A DNA stretch of 64,000 bases from positions 544,001 through 608,000 of the forward strand of contig OZ245020.1 of NCBI GenBank assembly GCA_965223865.1. Reading direction: 5' to 3'. A program made the position numbers and the translations under genes. The DNA comes from Nitrosarchaeum sp. (GTDB taxonomy: Archaea; Thermoproteota; Nitrososphaeria; Nitrososphaerales; Nitrosopumilaceae). This document shows, in pieces, positions 38,362 to 48,847 of this stretch. The notes beneath the pieces are model-generated. The model saw nothing but the letters and a program-made list of their open reading frames with translations. It was not told the DNA's origin and made no database searches. Position 1 is the first letter of the stretch. Each line of letters starts with the position of its first letter.

Positions 38362-39228
38362 ATGAATAAGATTGGAAATGTCTTTGTAGGTTCTAAAAAT
38401 CCAGTTCGTATAATGGGAATATTAAACACGAGTCCTGAATCCTTTTTAAAAAAATCAATTAAAACTTCAAAACAAAAAATTTCTGAAACAGTAAAAGAAA
38501 TGGAGATTGATGGTGCCGACTTTATTGATGTTGGAGGCATGTCTACTGCACCCTATTTGTCAACTACAGTTTCTGAAAAAATTGAATCCAAAAGAATACA
38601 AGATGCAATCAGAATCATTCAAGATATTTCAAATCTTCCAATATCTGTGGATACATGTAGAGCAAGTGTGGCAAAAAAGGCATTAGACTCTGGAGTCGAA
38701 ATAATTAATGATATTTCAGGATTAAAGTATGACCCCAACATGATTGAGGTTATTAGCAATTATAACCCATCCTTAATTTTGTGTGCATTTGATTCAAAAC
38801 CCGTTTTTGGAAATCAAATTCTCGCAACAAAAAAACTATTACAAGAGAGTTTAAAACTTGCAAAAAAAGCAAGAATTTCTACCTCTAAAATTGTTTTAGA
38901 TCCTGCCATTGGCTTTTTTCGAAAATCAGGACAAGGATCTTTTTTTACAAAGATCCAATCTGATTGGTTAGAAAGAGATCTTCATGTCATTCAAAATCTT
39001 AGATCTATTAAACAAAATTACCCTCTTCTGATCTCAATCTCCAACAAGTCATTTATTGGAAAACTATTAGAAAAAGAAGATCCTTCAGCTCGATTATTTG
39101 GATCAATAGCTGCCGAAGTTATTTCTGTTATTAATGGTGCTGATATTATTAGAACTCACAATATTACTGAAACTAAAGATGCTGTAAAGATTGCATCTAA
39201 ACTATCAAGATCACACAAAGGCTTATAA
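38362..39228 (+). CDS. folP: Dihydropteroate synthase
   Basis: MGILNTSPESF, DVGGMST, SVDT, INDISG, LDPAIGF, SNKSF, IRTHN motifs. Confidence 0.93.
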   Translation: MNKIGNVFVGSKNPVRIMGILNTSPESFLKKSIKTSKQKISETVKEMEIDGADFIDVGGMSTAPYLSTTVSEKIESKRIQDAIRIIQDISNLPISVDTCRASVAKKALDSGVEIINDISGLKYDPNMIEVISNYNPSLILCAFDSKPVFGNQILATKKLLQESLKLAKKARISTSKIVLDPAIGFFRKSGQGSFFTKIQSDWLERDLHVIQNLRSIKQNYPLLISISNKSFIGKLLEKEDPSARLFGSIAAEVISVINGADIIRTHNITETKDAVKIASKLSRSHKGL

Positions 39229-39258
39229 TCCATATTTGACTTTCTTTACAAGGTTTCA

Positions 39259-40692
39259 TTGGAATTCAAAGAGGGATTAACTTTTGATGACGTTCTCTTA
39301 GTTCCCAAATATTCTGATATTACAAGTAGATCTCAGACCGATCTAAAAACTCAACTATCCCGTAATATTTCTCTCAATATCCCTTTTGTTAGTGCTAATA
39401 TGGATACCGTTACTGAATCTGCAATGGCAGTAACCATGGCCCGTGCAGGAGGAATTGGAATTATTCACAGATTTTTAACTATTCAAGAACAAGCTAATGA
39501 GGTTCTCAAGGTAAAGAGATCTGGAAGTGTAATGATTGAAAATCCCTATTCAATCCATCAAGAAAAAACAGTTCAAGATGCAATAGACCATGCTGAGGAC
39601 AAAGAAGTATCTGGTCTTTTAGTTGTTGACTCAGACTCTAAATTGGTTGGAATTGTAACTGATAGAGATCTATTATTTGAGACCGATTCAAAAACCCTTC
39701 TTAAAGATATAATGACCAAAGATATTGTCACTGCAAAACCTGGAGTAAACCTTGATGATGCAAAATCCATTTTACACAAACATAAAATTGAGAAATTACC
39801 TATCGTTGATGAATCAGGTCTAGTCAAGGGTCTGATTACTAGTAAAGATATTACAAATATTGAAGACTATCCCTCTGCATCAAAAGATAAGAAAGGTAGA
39901 CCTCTTGTTGGTGCAGCAGTTGGTGTTAAAGGTGACTTTTTAGAAAGATCTGAATTTCTTTTAGATGCCGGAACTGATGTACTAGTTGTCGATATTGCAC
40001 ACGGACATAGCGAAAATGCAATAAGCACTGTCAAAAACATTAAGAAAGCATTTCCTGATTGTGAGTTGATTGCTGGAAATATTGCTACGGCTCAAGGTGC
40101 TGAAGATTTGATCAAGGCCGGCGTTGATGCTGTAAAAGTTGGCGTTGGTTCAGGTTCAATTTGCATTACGAGAGTAATTACAGGTTCAGGAGTTCCACAA
40201 CTAACTGCAGTAATCGATTGTGCTAGAATTGGAAAAGATCATGGCATACCAATAATATCTGATGGAGGGACGAGGACTTCTGGTGATGCAACAAAGGCTT
40301 TAGCTGCAGGCGCTTCATCTGTTATGATTGGAAGTATGCTTGGTGGAACCGATGAATCGCCTGGAACCGTACTGACTAAAAACGGAAAAAGATTCAAAGT
40401 TTATCGAGGAATGGCATCTCTTGCAGCCTCTATAGGTAGAAAATCAAAAGAAACCGGTACAATTTCTCTTGATGACGATCTTAATGACTATGTTGCAGAA
40501 GGAGTAGAAGCGATGGTTCCATACAAAGGAACTGTAACTGATATTCTTAAACAACTAACTGGCGGGGTACGGTCTGGTCTTAGTTATTGTGGATCCCACA
40601 CAATCACACAAATGCAAGATAATGCAGAATTTATCAAAATGTCTCGTGCAGGTTTTGCTGAAAGTCATCCTCATGACGTTTCGTTAATGTAA
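39259..40692 (+). CDS. guaB: IMP dehydrogenase with CBS pair
   Basis: [34 protein letters not shown] motifs. Confidence 0.97.
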   Translation: MEFKEGLTFDDVLLVPKYSDITSRSQTDLKTQLSRNISLNIPFVSANMDTVTESAMAVTMARAGGIGIIHRFLTIQEQANEVLKVKRSGSVMIENPYSIHQEKTVQDAIDHAEDKEVSGLLVVDSDSKLVGIVTDRDLLFETDSKTLLKDIMTKDIVTAKPGVNLDDAKSILHKHKIEKLPIVDESGLVKGLITSKDITNIEDYPSASKDKKGRPLVGAAVGVKGDFLERSEFLLDAGTDVLVVDIAHGHSENAISTVKNIKKAFPDCELIAGNIATAQGAEDLIKAGVDAVKVGVGSGSICITRVITGSGVPQLTAVIDCARIGKDHGIPIISDGGTRTSGDATKALAAGASSVMIGSMLGGTDESPGTVLTKNGKRFKVYRGMASLAASIGRKSKETGTISLDDDLNDYVAEGVEAMVPYKGTVTDILKQLTGGVRSGLSYCGSHTITQMQDNAEFIKMSRAGFAESHPHDVSLM

Positions 40693-40967
40693 ATTTTTAA
40701 ACTTTGGAATTCCATTAATGAATTTTTCATTAGCTTTATTTGAAATTTTATTATTATGCAAATTCTTTGTCAACCTAATTTCATATCATGAGATTTCAAT
40801 CAAGAAGACAATTAATTGTATTACTTTTCAATGTTGATAATATTGTTTTCAACTTGAGGAGCACATATGTTATTAATTAATACTTAATCTGAATCTATTC
40901 TAAAGAAATTTGTTTCTAACTAAAAATACTTCAGTCTATCATTATCTTTATCTAAAATTGTAGACTG

Positions 40968-41249
40968 TTAGACAACTACAACTTCAGGTTGTTTTCTGTT
41001 TGATTCTTGTGTAGACATTCCACCATATCCAGGATCTATCTTTTGTTTGGGGTTTAACGAAGTATCATGGTGACAAGGTTTATTGCATACCGGACAGAAT
41101 TTTCTATCTAAAACAATACATTGACAGATATGATTTTTGATATATCCTTGTGCAGCTAGATTCCATTCTCCAGTACCATTACAATACACACATAGCTTTG
41201 ATCCAAATTTGCCTAATCCTTTGCAAAAATCACAATAATCTTCTTTCAT
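40968..41249 (-). CDS. Small Cys/His-rich zinc-finger protein
   Basis: CDFCKGLG and CVYCNGTG (DnaJ-type CxxCxGxG), plus HICQC...CPVC..CHH. Confidence 0.75.
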   Translation of the reverse strand: MKEDYCDFCKGLGKFGSKLCVYCNGTGEWNLAAQGYIKNHICQCIVLDRKFCPVCNKPCHHDTSLNPKQKIDPGYGGMSTQESNRKQPEVVVV

Positions 41250-41564
41250 GTTGTTTTTTACAAATAGAGTAGAATAACTGGAAGCATTTAATTCTAGTCT
41301 ATCCGCATCAATTAGGTCTTTATTTTACAATAAATGAAGTTTCTATAAGATTAATTCAATATTTTCTTTTGTGGCTAACTCACATTGATTTTTCTTCTTC
41401 GTATGTTTTCTAATCTCTTTTCTTTGCAAGAAAACAAGTCATTTTCTAGCCTCATTTATGCTAATTTCCAATAAAATCTCAAGTAAAAGATGGGTTTTAC
41501 GGTTATTATCTGGTACAAGCCAAAATTCGCTAATCTTTTAAGCGGTATCCAAAATTATTGAATT

Positions 41565-42032
41565 GTGTTATCTAAAAGAACAATAATTGGATTAGTAGTG
41601 GGAAGCGCAATTATTGGAATCGGTGCTGTATCGTTAATTCAACATATTGGAACTATTACAGTAAATGAAAATTATTTAGTGGAAGTAGGTGATTCAACAT
41701 TCTATACAATTCCTGCTCCTGCAAACACACCCCAATCCATGAAAATTGTTGGCGATAGTTTTGATCTAAAACTAGAAAGTCCTGCAGAAGGATTACAAAT
41801 TCCAAAAACATCTTTCAAAAAGGAAAAGAAATTAGATTGGGTACATTTAGAAGATGGAGAATCAAAAATCCAGATTCAAAATACCGGCAACACTGATTTG
41901 GAAATCACAGGTGTTCTCATTCGAAGTTCTGATCCAATCTGGTTTACATTTGATATTATGGTAATTACTTCAGGAGTGGTAATCATTGGATTTAGTATGG
42001 GATTTACTATACGAAAACCAAAAGGATTCTAG
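41565..42032 (+). CDS. Membrane-anchored hypothetical protein
   Basis: N- and C-terminal TM segments around a beta-rich domain. Confidence 0.75.
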   Translation: MLSKRTIIGLVVGSAIIGIGAVSLIQHIGTITVNENYLVEVGDSTFYTIPAPANTPQSMKIVGDSFDLKLESPAEGLQIPKTSFKKEKKLDWVHLEDGESKIQIQNTGNTDLEITGVLIRSSDPIWFTFDIMVITSGVVIIGFSMGFTIRKPKGF

Positions 42033-42844
42033 TTTAACTTTGCTGCTGGATAAGAACCAAGAATTTTCATAAATAATGTCTCTTTTTTTATCTTTACAAG
42101 CATTTCTGCAATTTTAGAATTCTCAAAATGACCTTCAAAATCTACATAGAAATTATATTCCCAAGTGTTTGTTTTAGTAGGCCTTGATTCAATTTTAGTT
42201 AGATTTACTCTATAATTGTGAAAGTTCTCAATAATTTTGTATAGTGCATCTGGCTCATGTTTTATCGAAAAAATAATTGATGTCTTGTCTCTTCCTGTTT
42301 CTTTTTTTTGCTGTTTTGATAATACTAAAAATCGTGTATAATTGTTCAAATTATCTGCAATTCCATCTGCAATTATAGGCATATTGTAAATCTCAGAGGC
42401 CGTCTTGCTTGCAATACACGCAACATTATTCTTTGCAATATCTTTGATAATTTTTACACTACCCGCAGTATCATATGTGGGAACTGTTTTCATGCCATGT
42501 TTTTCAATAAACTTTTTGCATTGTCCTAAAGCTTGTGGGTGAGAATATACTACATTAATTTCTTCCAACTTTCCGTTTCCAATCAAACAATGTTCAATTC
42601 TTAGATAATATTCTCCTATTGCATTAAGCGATGTCGAATACAGTAAATCATAGCTTTCACCAACACTTCCTTCCAAAGAATTCTCTACAGGCAAAACAGA
42701 AAAATCTGTTTTGTCTCTTATTGTACTTTCTAAAACTTCAGCAAAGGTTGGAAGAGGAATTGTTTCTATTTTCTCATCAAACAATGCTCTTGATGCTGCC
42801 TCGCTATATGCACCTCGTTCGCCTTGGAACGAAACACGTTTCAT
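42029..42844 (-). CDS. pheA: Prephenate dehydratase
   Basis: FQGERGAYSE, PVENS, SHPQALGQC, NYTRF, LTKIESRP motifs. Confidence 0.96.
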   Translation of the reverse strand: MKRVSFQGERGAYSEAASRALFDEKIETIPLPTFAEVLESTIRDKTDFSVLPVENSLEGSVGESYDLLYSTSLNAIGEYYLRIEHCLIGNGKLEEINVVYSHPQALGQCKKFIEKHGMKTVPTYDTAGSVKIIKDIAKNNVACIASKTASEIYNMPIIADGIADNLNNYTRFLVLSKQQKKETGRDKTSIIFSIKHEPDALYKIIENFHNYRVNLTKIESRPTKTNTWEYNFYVDFEGHFENSKIAEMLVKIKKETLFMKILGSYPAAKLN

Positions 42845-42846
42845 CT

Positions 42847-43398
42847 CTATTCTCTCAGTTTTATAAAATCACTGTTGCCAAAATTAGTTGAAAGTTTTCT
42901 TTCATCAATCCATGAACATTCTGTACATTTAATAGCATCCCGCATTTGTACAACTTTGCCACCACACTTTCTACATTTTGTAAATAATACTCCTAAAAAT
43001 GGTTCATCCATTGCCGCATGAATTGTACCATTAAGATGATTAACTATCTTTAAAGTGACAATGTCATTTACTAGTGCAACATTCTTTTTTCTAATGTTTC
43101 TAGTAGAACATACACATTCAACTTTGGATGTTGTAGGTTTTCTATTAATATAATCAATTGATACTGCAATCATTGAGGACATTACAGCTGCTACTGTACC
43201 AATAATAATATCTCCTGCTTTTGGTATAGACAACATTTTTGGATGTTTGATATTTGCAGTGCGAGTTGCTTTGTCAATGTCTTTTTCACCAACTGCTGCT
43301 GCTCTTACCATATCCCCGTCATCAAAGGTATTATATCCTGCCTCATATTCTTCAATTGCGGCTATTTTATCGCCAGGAAAAATGCTGGTCTCATACAT
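42847..43398 (-). CDS. csl4: Exosome complex RNA-binding protein Csl4
   Basis: PGD...EEY, S1 domain, LGV...CRKCG...CTEC..ERKLS; start refined to ATG 43398. Confidence 0.9.
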   Translation of the reverse strand: MYETSIFPGDKIAAIEEYEAGYNTFDDGDMVRAAAVGEKDIDKATRTANIKHPKMLSIPKAGDIIIGTVAAVMSSMIAVSIDYINRKPTTSKVECVCSTRNIRKKNVALVNDIVTLKIVNHLNGTIHAAMDEPFLGVLFTKCRKCGGKVVQMRDAIKCTECSWIDERKLSTNFGNSDFIKLRE

Positions 43399-43487
43399 AA
43401 TGTGAATTTTGATGCTATGATTATAATTGTTTGTGGTAATATTGACACCTTGGCAAATCATATATCTAGAAAAAATAGAGGCAAACC

Positions 43488-44558
43488 ATGAGAGCATTAG
43501 TATATGATCAATATACTACAGATGATAATTTTTCGAAAATTCTTAAAATAAAGGATCTTCCTGAACCAACACCAAAACCAGATGAAGTGGTTTTCAAGGT
43601 AAAAGCAGCTGCACTAAATTATGATGATATCTGGGGAATGAGAGGAAAACCTCTAGCTATTCCATTACCTCATATCTCTGGAACTGACGCTTCCGGCGAG
43701 GTTATTGCCATTGGTGATGATGTAAAAAATATCAAAGTAGGAGATAGGATTGTTTCACATGGAAATATGTCATGTCGTGTCTGTAAAGCATGTACATCAG
43801 GTAGAGAATTTGATTGTAAAAAGAGACGAATTTGGGGGTTTGAAACAGGTCCCCTATGGGGCGGATATTGTGAGGTTACACACCTTCCAGAAGTAAACGT
43901 TGTAAAAATTCCTGATGAAGTGAGTTATGAAGATGCAGCTGCTGCATCAATGACATTATTGACTTCATGGCATATGTTAGTTGGAAGAGCAAAGATTCAA
44001 CCTGGACAGCTAGTATTGATTATGGGTGGAGGTTCAGGTGTTGGAAATTATGGTATCCAAATTGCCAAACTATTTGGTTGTACCGTAATTGCAACTGCCA
44101 GCCCAGATAAATTGGATAAATTACTTGAGTTAGGTGCAGACTATGCAGTGGATCACAGAAATGAAGATTGGTATAAAGAGGTACGTAGTATTGCAAAAAA
44201 TATCCCAAAACCCTATGGAGACATTCCAGGTGTTGATGTAATTTTTGAACACATTGGCGGCTCGCATTGGAACAAAGAACTTACCTTGTTAAAGTATGGA
44301 TCAACAGTTGTCACTACTGGAGCAACAACTGGATATAATGCAAAAACAGATTTGAGACATATTTTTTTCAAGGGAATTAATATTCTAGGCTCAACTCAAG
44401 GCACACGAGCAGAATTAGAACAAGGATTATTTTGGATGTCCCAAGGTAAAATAAAATCCATTATTGATTCTGTTTACACTTTAGAAAATGCAGCTGAAGC
44501 ACACACAAAGATGCTTACAGGAAAAGGCCTATTTGGAAAAATTTTGATGAAACCTTAA
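43488..44558 (+). CDS. Zn-dependent medium-chain dehydrogenase/reductase
   Basis: PHISGTDASG, structural Zn CRVCKAC...C, GGGSGVG, FGKILM motifs. Confidence 0.92.
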   Translation: MRALVYDQYTTDDNFSKILKIKDLPEPTPKPDEVVFKVKAAALNYDDIWGMRGKPLAIPLPHISGTDASGEVIAIGDDVKNIKVGDRIVSHGNMSCRVCKACTSGREFDCKKRRIWGFETGPLWGGYCEVTHLPEVNVVKIPDEVSYEDAAAASMTLLTSWHMLVGRAKIQPGQLVLIMGGGSGVGNYGIQIAKLFGCTVIATASPDKLDKLLELGADYAVDHRNEDWYKEVRSIAKNIPKPYGDIPGVDVIFEHIGGSHWNKELTLLKYGSTVVTTGATTGYNAKTDLRHIFFKGINILGSTQGTRAELEQGLFWMSQGKIKSIIDSVYTLENAAEAHTKMLTGKGLFGKILMKP

Positions 44559-44559
44559 T

Positions 44560-45168
44560 TTGAATACAATGAACGATCCTAAAACAGATTCTATTTTAGA
44601 TGAGGCAAATAGATTATTTCTCAAAGGTAAAATAAGAGAAGCAATATCTTATTATGACAAAATTTTAGATACAAACCTAGATCATCTCAGTTCTCTTAAT
44701 AACAAAGGATATGCCTTAAGTAAACTCAAAGATTTTGATGGGGCTATGAAATGTTATGATGCTGCATTGAAATTGGATTCTTCTGATCTTTCGGTTTTAG
44801 TAAACAAAATATCTTCTCTTCGAAAAAAAGGAGATTTAGATGAAGCATTATCTTTTTGTAATGAAATTTTGAACAATAATCCAAATTACAAAATTGCTTT
44901 ATATCATAAAGAAAGAATTTTATTTTCTCTGAAAAAATTTGATGAATCAATAATTTGTTGTGATACTATTCTTTTAGACTATCCAAATAATGGAGATGTT
45001 CTTTATGACAAGTCATGTAATCTAGTAATGCTTTCTAAAGTTGAAGAGGGACTAGTTTCTCTTGAAAAGGCAATAACTCAGGGAACTCACTATAAAATAA
45101 AGGCTAAAAAATCAAAATTTTTTGTAAAATTAATTAATGATAAAAGATTTCAGAAAATAGTTTCATAA
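44560..45168 (+). CDS. TPR-repeat protein
   Basis: Multiple TPRs (EAISYYDKIL, NNKGYAL). Confidence 0.88.
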   Translation: MNTMNDPKTDSILDEANRLFLKGKIREAISYYDKILDTNLDHLSSLNNKGYALSKLKDFDGAMKCYDAALKLDSSDLSVLVNKISSLRKKGDLDEALSFCNEILNNNPNYKIALYHKERILFSLKKFDESIICCDTILLDYPNNGDVLYDKSCNLVMLSKVEEGLVSLEKAITQGTHYKIKAKKSKFFVKLINDKRFQKIVS

Positions 45169-45170
45169 TT

Positions 45171-46166
45171 TTATAGCCAATGAGGAATCTCTAGATAACC
45201 TTCAATACTCTCATTTCTCAAAATTTTCAAAAGTGCATTTGCTTGTGGGGTTGACAAAACAGGTTTATCAAATTGGTTGTCCGTAGAAATTCGTGGGCAT
45301 GCTACTTGAATAAACGCATCAATTCCCTTTAGATTGCTTAATCTTTCATTTGTAATATCAGTTAAGGCAAATAATTGGACAGATTTTCCTTCTTTTTCAA
45401 GTTCTTTTTTAAATTTAAGCGCAAAAACTTTAGAGAGTTGGCCCTCTTTGAGACCAACAATCACGCCAAATGATTTAGCTTCTGCTGCTTTGTAAATCGC
45501 AAGAGTAGCTTTTCGCTTCAATTTCTGCGCAAAATCCGTTATTTCTCTTACCTCATTAAAATATGGATCTAGAACATATGTTGGTTTGTTTGTAGACAAT
45601 GCAATTCCTGAAGCATGAAAATTACTTTGTCCTAAAAAGACATAGGCATTAACTTCATCTTTTAATTGAATTGCTGGATAAAATTCACAACCAAATACTT
45701 GGCCGTCATTTAATTGTCCTTTACCTTTACCGATTTTTACTTGGATTCCTCCATTGGTTAAAATTTTATTAACTTTATCAACTTGATGCAAATGCTGACT
45801 ATCTGTAACTAAAGAAATTTTTCTACCCTTTAGCATTTCAACACATTTCTTTGCAACCTTGTCAAATTCAACATCATCAAATGCATCAATTAATAGTACA
45901 TTTTTTTCAAATGACTCCATGTTTATTGTGTGACCTATATTAAATTGGATTTCGGCACCAAGAACTTTTGAACCATTCGAGTTCAAATCACAAGTACCCC
46001 ACGTTGTATCTGCTAAAATATATGCAGGAATCCCAAACTTTTCTGTAATTCTCATTGCAGTGTCTTGCACTTGAGACAAAATTCCATCAGGACCATTCAG
46101 AGATACTGATGCTGGTTTTTTTGATTCAATCTCATTGAAAATACGTTCTTCATCTATTACTATCAA
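45171..46166 (-). CDS. dph2: Diphthamide biosynthesis radical-SAM-like enzyme Dph2
   Basis: WGTCD, GQVFGC, VACPRI cysteine motifs. Confidence 0.93.
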   Translation of the reverse strand: MIVIDEERIFNEIESKKPASVSLNGPDGILSQVQDTAMRITEKFGIPAYILADTTWGTCDLNSNGSKVLGAEIQFNIGHTINMESFEKNVLLIDAFDDVEFDKVAKKCVEMLKGRKISLVTDSQHLHQVDKVNKILTNGGIQVKIGKGKGQLNDGQVFGCEFYPAIQLKDEVNAYVFLGQSNFHASGIALSTNKPTYVLDPYFNEVREITDFAQKLKRKATLAIYKAAEAKSFGVIVGLKEGQLSKVFALKFKKELEKEGKSVQLFALTDITNERLSNLKGIDAFIQVACPRISTDNQFDKPVLSTPQANALLKILRNESIEGYLEIPHWL

Positions 46167-46249
46167 GTTAACTTTGAAGGTATTGATATTAATTTAAACC
46201 AACTGGGTTTTACAACAACTAAAAATGCCTGAAATTCTAACTATAAATT

Positions 46250-47578
46250 GTGAAGTCTAGGAGGACTCTTACTATTGGTTTTGATGATACTGATTCACCA
46301 AAGGGTATGTGTACAACTTTTTTAGCCTACAAGATTGTTGATGAACTAAAAAAAGAAAACTCAGAATTATCAGATTTTCCAAATCTTATCAGATTTAATC
46401 CAAATATTCCATGGAAAACACGAGGAAACGGTGCAGTCTCTATGCGTGTACTGACAAAAAATCCTTCTAAAATAAAAAACAAAATCAAAAATCTTATTGA
46501 AAAATATTCTGATATTAAAAACGGTGCTAATCCTGGTCTTGTTTTTTATGAAAATGAAACTATTCCATCTGAATTTACAGAATTTAGCAAATTAGCATTG
46601 TGGCAATTAATTAATAGAAATTATGCAAAAAAATTTGCATCAAAAAATAATCTTGAATTTTTTTACCGTGGTAATGGTCAAGGTCTGATTGGGGCAATAG
46701 CTGCTATAGGATATCATTTTGATGACTATACCTTTGAATTACTTAGTTATAGAAAAAATTCTAAATTTGGAAAAGAAAGAATAATTTCGGCTCAAAGTGT
46801 TAAGGATATGCAAGAAAAAACTTTGCCCTACACATTCAATAGTTTTGATACCAAAAAGGGTAGAATTTTGATCACACCGCATGGACCTGATCCTGTTTTT
46901 TATGGAGTAAGAGGTGAGAATATTGATTCACTGTTACTTGCTACTAAAATTTTGAAACCTAAAGAAAAGTTAGCAGGACATATGATCTTTAAATCAAATC
47001 AGGGGACAGGTGATCATCTAAAAAACGAACTTGATGTGAATAATCTCAAACCATATGCATCTGGAAAAATTACAGGATTTGTTTCAAACAACCCAAAAAT
47101 TCTAAAAGGGGGTCATGTATTTTTTTCTGTTTTGTCAAACTCAAATGAAATACCTTGCGCCGTTTACAGGCCAACAGGTATTACTTCCATCGCCCAATCT
47201 TTGATAGTAGGTGATAAAATTTGTATTGGAGGCGGAATCAAAAAGGCAACAAAGAAATATCCTAGAACCTTAAATGCAGAATTTTTAGAAATTCTTGCTC
47301 TAAAAAAGATTCTTCGAGAAACGAATCCAATTTGTAACAAATGCAATAAAAAAATGAAATCAAAGGGAAGAAACCAAAATTTTCAATGTATAAAGTGTGG
47401 CTCAAAACTCTCAAAAAAACAAATTTTGGAGATTCCAAGAAATATAAAAAAACAATTGTACATTCCTATAATTACTGCACATAGGCATCTTACAAGACCT
47501 CAACAACGACTAGGAATGATTAATAAAAATTCAAAATTTGATGAATCTTCTTCGTGGTTTTGCGTGTATGGAAATTAA
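46250..47578 (+). CDS. tiaS: tRNA(Ile2) agmatinylcytidine synthetase
   Basis: GFDDTDS..GMCTT, NPNIPWKTRGN, PHGPDPVFYGVRG, SNQGT, Zn ribbon, RHLTRP motifs. Confidence 0.95.
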   Translation: MKSRRTLTIGFDDTDSPKGMCTTFLAYKIVDELKKENSELSDFPNLIRFNPNIPWKTRGNGAVSMRVLTKNPSKIKNKIKNLIEKYSDIKNGANPGLVFYENETIPSEFTEFSKLALWQLINRNYAKKFASKNNLEFFYRGNGQGLIGAIAAIGYHFDDYTFELLSYRKNSKFGKERIISAQSVKDMQEKTLPYTFNSFDTKKGRILITPHGPDPVFYGVRGENIDSLLLATKILKPKEKLAGHMIFKSNQGTGDHLKNELDVNNLKPYASGKITGFVSNNPKILKGGHVFFSVLSNSNEIPCAVYRPTGITSIAQSLIVGDKICIGGGIKKATKKYPRTLNAEFLEILALKKILRETNPICNKCNKKMKSKGRNQNFQCIKCGSKLSKKQILEIPRNIKKQLYIPIITAHRHLTRPQQRLGMINKNSKFDESSSWFCVYGN

Positions 47579-47579
47579 A

Positions 47580-47669
47580 TAGCGGGGAGTAGATTTGAAC
47601 TACTGATTTGCGGGTTATGAGCCCGCCGGGATGACCTAGTCCTAAATAGTCTGACTTCCCCACCCCGCT
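47580..47669 (-). tRNA. Initiator tRNA-Met (CAT) with a 15-nt intron in the D-loop
   Basis: AGCGGGG acceptor stem with A1-U72, GCGGG-CTCATAA-CCCGC anticodon arm, TTCAAAT T-loop; intron 47636-47650 in a bulge-helix-bulge; TATATA 47693-47698 upstream. Confidence 0.93.
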
Positions 47670-47751
47670 GATTCAGAAATGAGGGTGGGCCGTATATACG
47701 CTTTATCAAATTCTTGAAAGTAATTAATAGGATTTTAGAAGATTTGTTTTT

Positions 47752-48846
47752 GTGGATAAAAAACTTCGAATAGCTGCAATAGCTGCTGCATTGGCTTTTT
47801 CAGCATTTATCTTAACATCTCCTTCTGATCCTTTACCTATTCCTGAACCCACGTTTTCTAAATCAGACAATGATTCTGTCTTAATATTGGCAGAAAATCT
47901 TGATTCGCCTCGTTCAATTGCCGTTTCAGAGAACAGAGTTTTTGTTACAGAAAAAGATGGATTAATTCGAGTTATTCAGGATAGCAAACTGTTAGATGAA
48001 CCACTTGCTACACTAAGAACTGCAAATGTCTTTGATGGGGGATTATTAGGAATAACACTTCATCCAAATTTTTCGGATAATCACTTTCTTTATGTATTTT
48101 TTACATATGAAGAAAATGGAAAACTATGGAACAAAATTTTACAGATAAAAGAATCTGAAAATAAATTAGTTGATGCCAAAACAATATTTGATAAAATTCC
48201 TGGCTCAACATTTACAAATGGTGGATTCTTAAAATTTGGACCAGATAAGAAATTATATGTTGGCACTGGAACTATTTCTGATTCTTCACATCTTCCTCAA
48301 GAAATAGATTCACTATCTGGAAAAATTTTGAGATTAAATGATGATGGAAGCATTCCTAAGGACAATCCCTTTTCAGATTCACCCGTATTTACTTTGGGAC
48401 ATAGGAATCCACAAGGAATGACGTGGGATAAGGAAGGAAATATGTTTCTAGCAGAACTTGGACCAGAAAAAAATGATGAAATTAACCTTCTTAAACCAGG
48501 AAAAAACTATGGTTGGCCTGAACAACAATGTTCAGGGTATGACCAATTTGAAAACTCAATAATGTGTTATGATCCAAGTATTGAACCTGCTGGAATATTG
48601 CATTATTCAGAAGATAAGATTGACTTGGAAGCCTCATTTGTTATGGCATCACTTCGAGCAACTAATCTATACCAACTAGATTTTGAGGAAGGGTTAAACT
48701 CCCAAAAAACAATCCTTAGTGGAATAGGAAGAATACGTGATGTGGCACAGGGCCCTGATGGTAGTCTTTATGTAATAACTTCTAATACGGATGGAAAAGG
48801 TTTTCCAGATAGTAATGATGATAAATTATTGAGGATAACGAAATAA
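47752..48846 (+). CDS. PQQ-dependent sugar/sorbosone dehydrogenase family protein (N-terminal anchor)
   Basis: GGLLGITLHPNF, FGPD..LY, GKILRLN, GHRNPQG, NYGWP, GRIRDV motifs. Confidence 0.92.
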   Translation: MDKKLRIAAIAAALAFSAFILTSPSDPLPIPEPTFSKSDNDSVLILAENLDSPRSIAVSENRVFVTEKDGLIRVIQDSKLLDEPLATLRTANVFDGGLLGITLHPNFSDNHFLYVFFTYEENGKLWNKILQIKESENKLVDAKTIFDKIPGSTFTNGGFLKFGPDKKLYVGTGTISDSSHLPQEIDSLSGKILRLNDDGSIPKDNPFSDSPVFTLGHRNPQGMTWDKEGNMFLAELGPEKNDEINLLKPGKNYGWPEQQCSGYDQFENSIMCYDPSIEPAGILHYSEDKIDLEASFVMASLRATNLYQLDFEEGLNSQKTILSGIGRIRDVAQGPDGSLYVITSNTDGKGFPDSNDDKLLRITK

Positions 48847-48847
48847 A

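Noticed and set aside
37590-38540. 316-aa version of mptE overlapping folP by about 200 bp
   Set aside because: The extension is the antisense of folP codons; family similarity starts at MMISGW (38327).
41250-41560. Possible degraded minus-strand ORF
   Set aside because: Multiple stops and no recognisable motif.
42847-43497. 216-aa version of csl4 overlapping the dehydrogenase start
   Set aside because: The extension crosses the divergent promoter; Csl4 similarity starts at 43398.
47580-47669. tRNA-Ile2(CAU), suggested by adjacency to tiaS
   Set aside because: A1-U72 pair and consecutive G-C pairs in the anticodon stem mark it as initiator Met.
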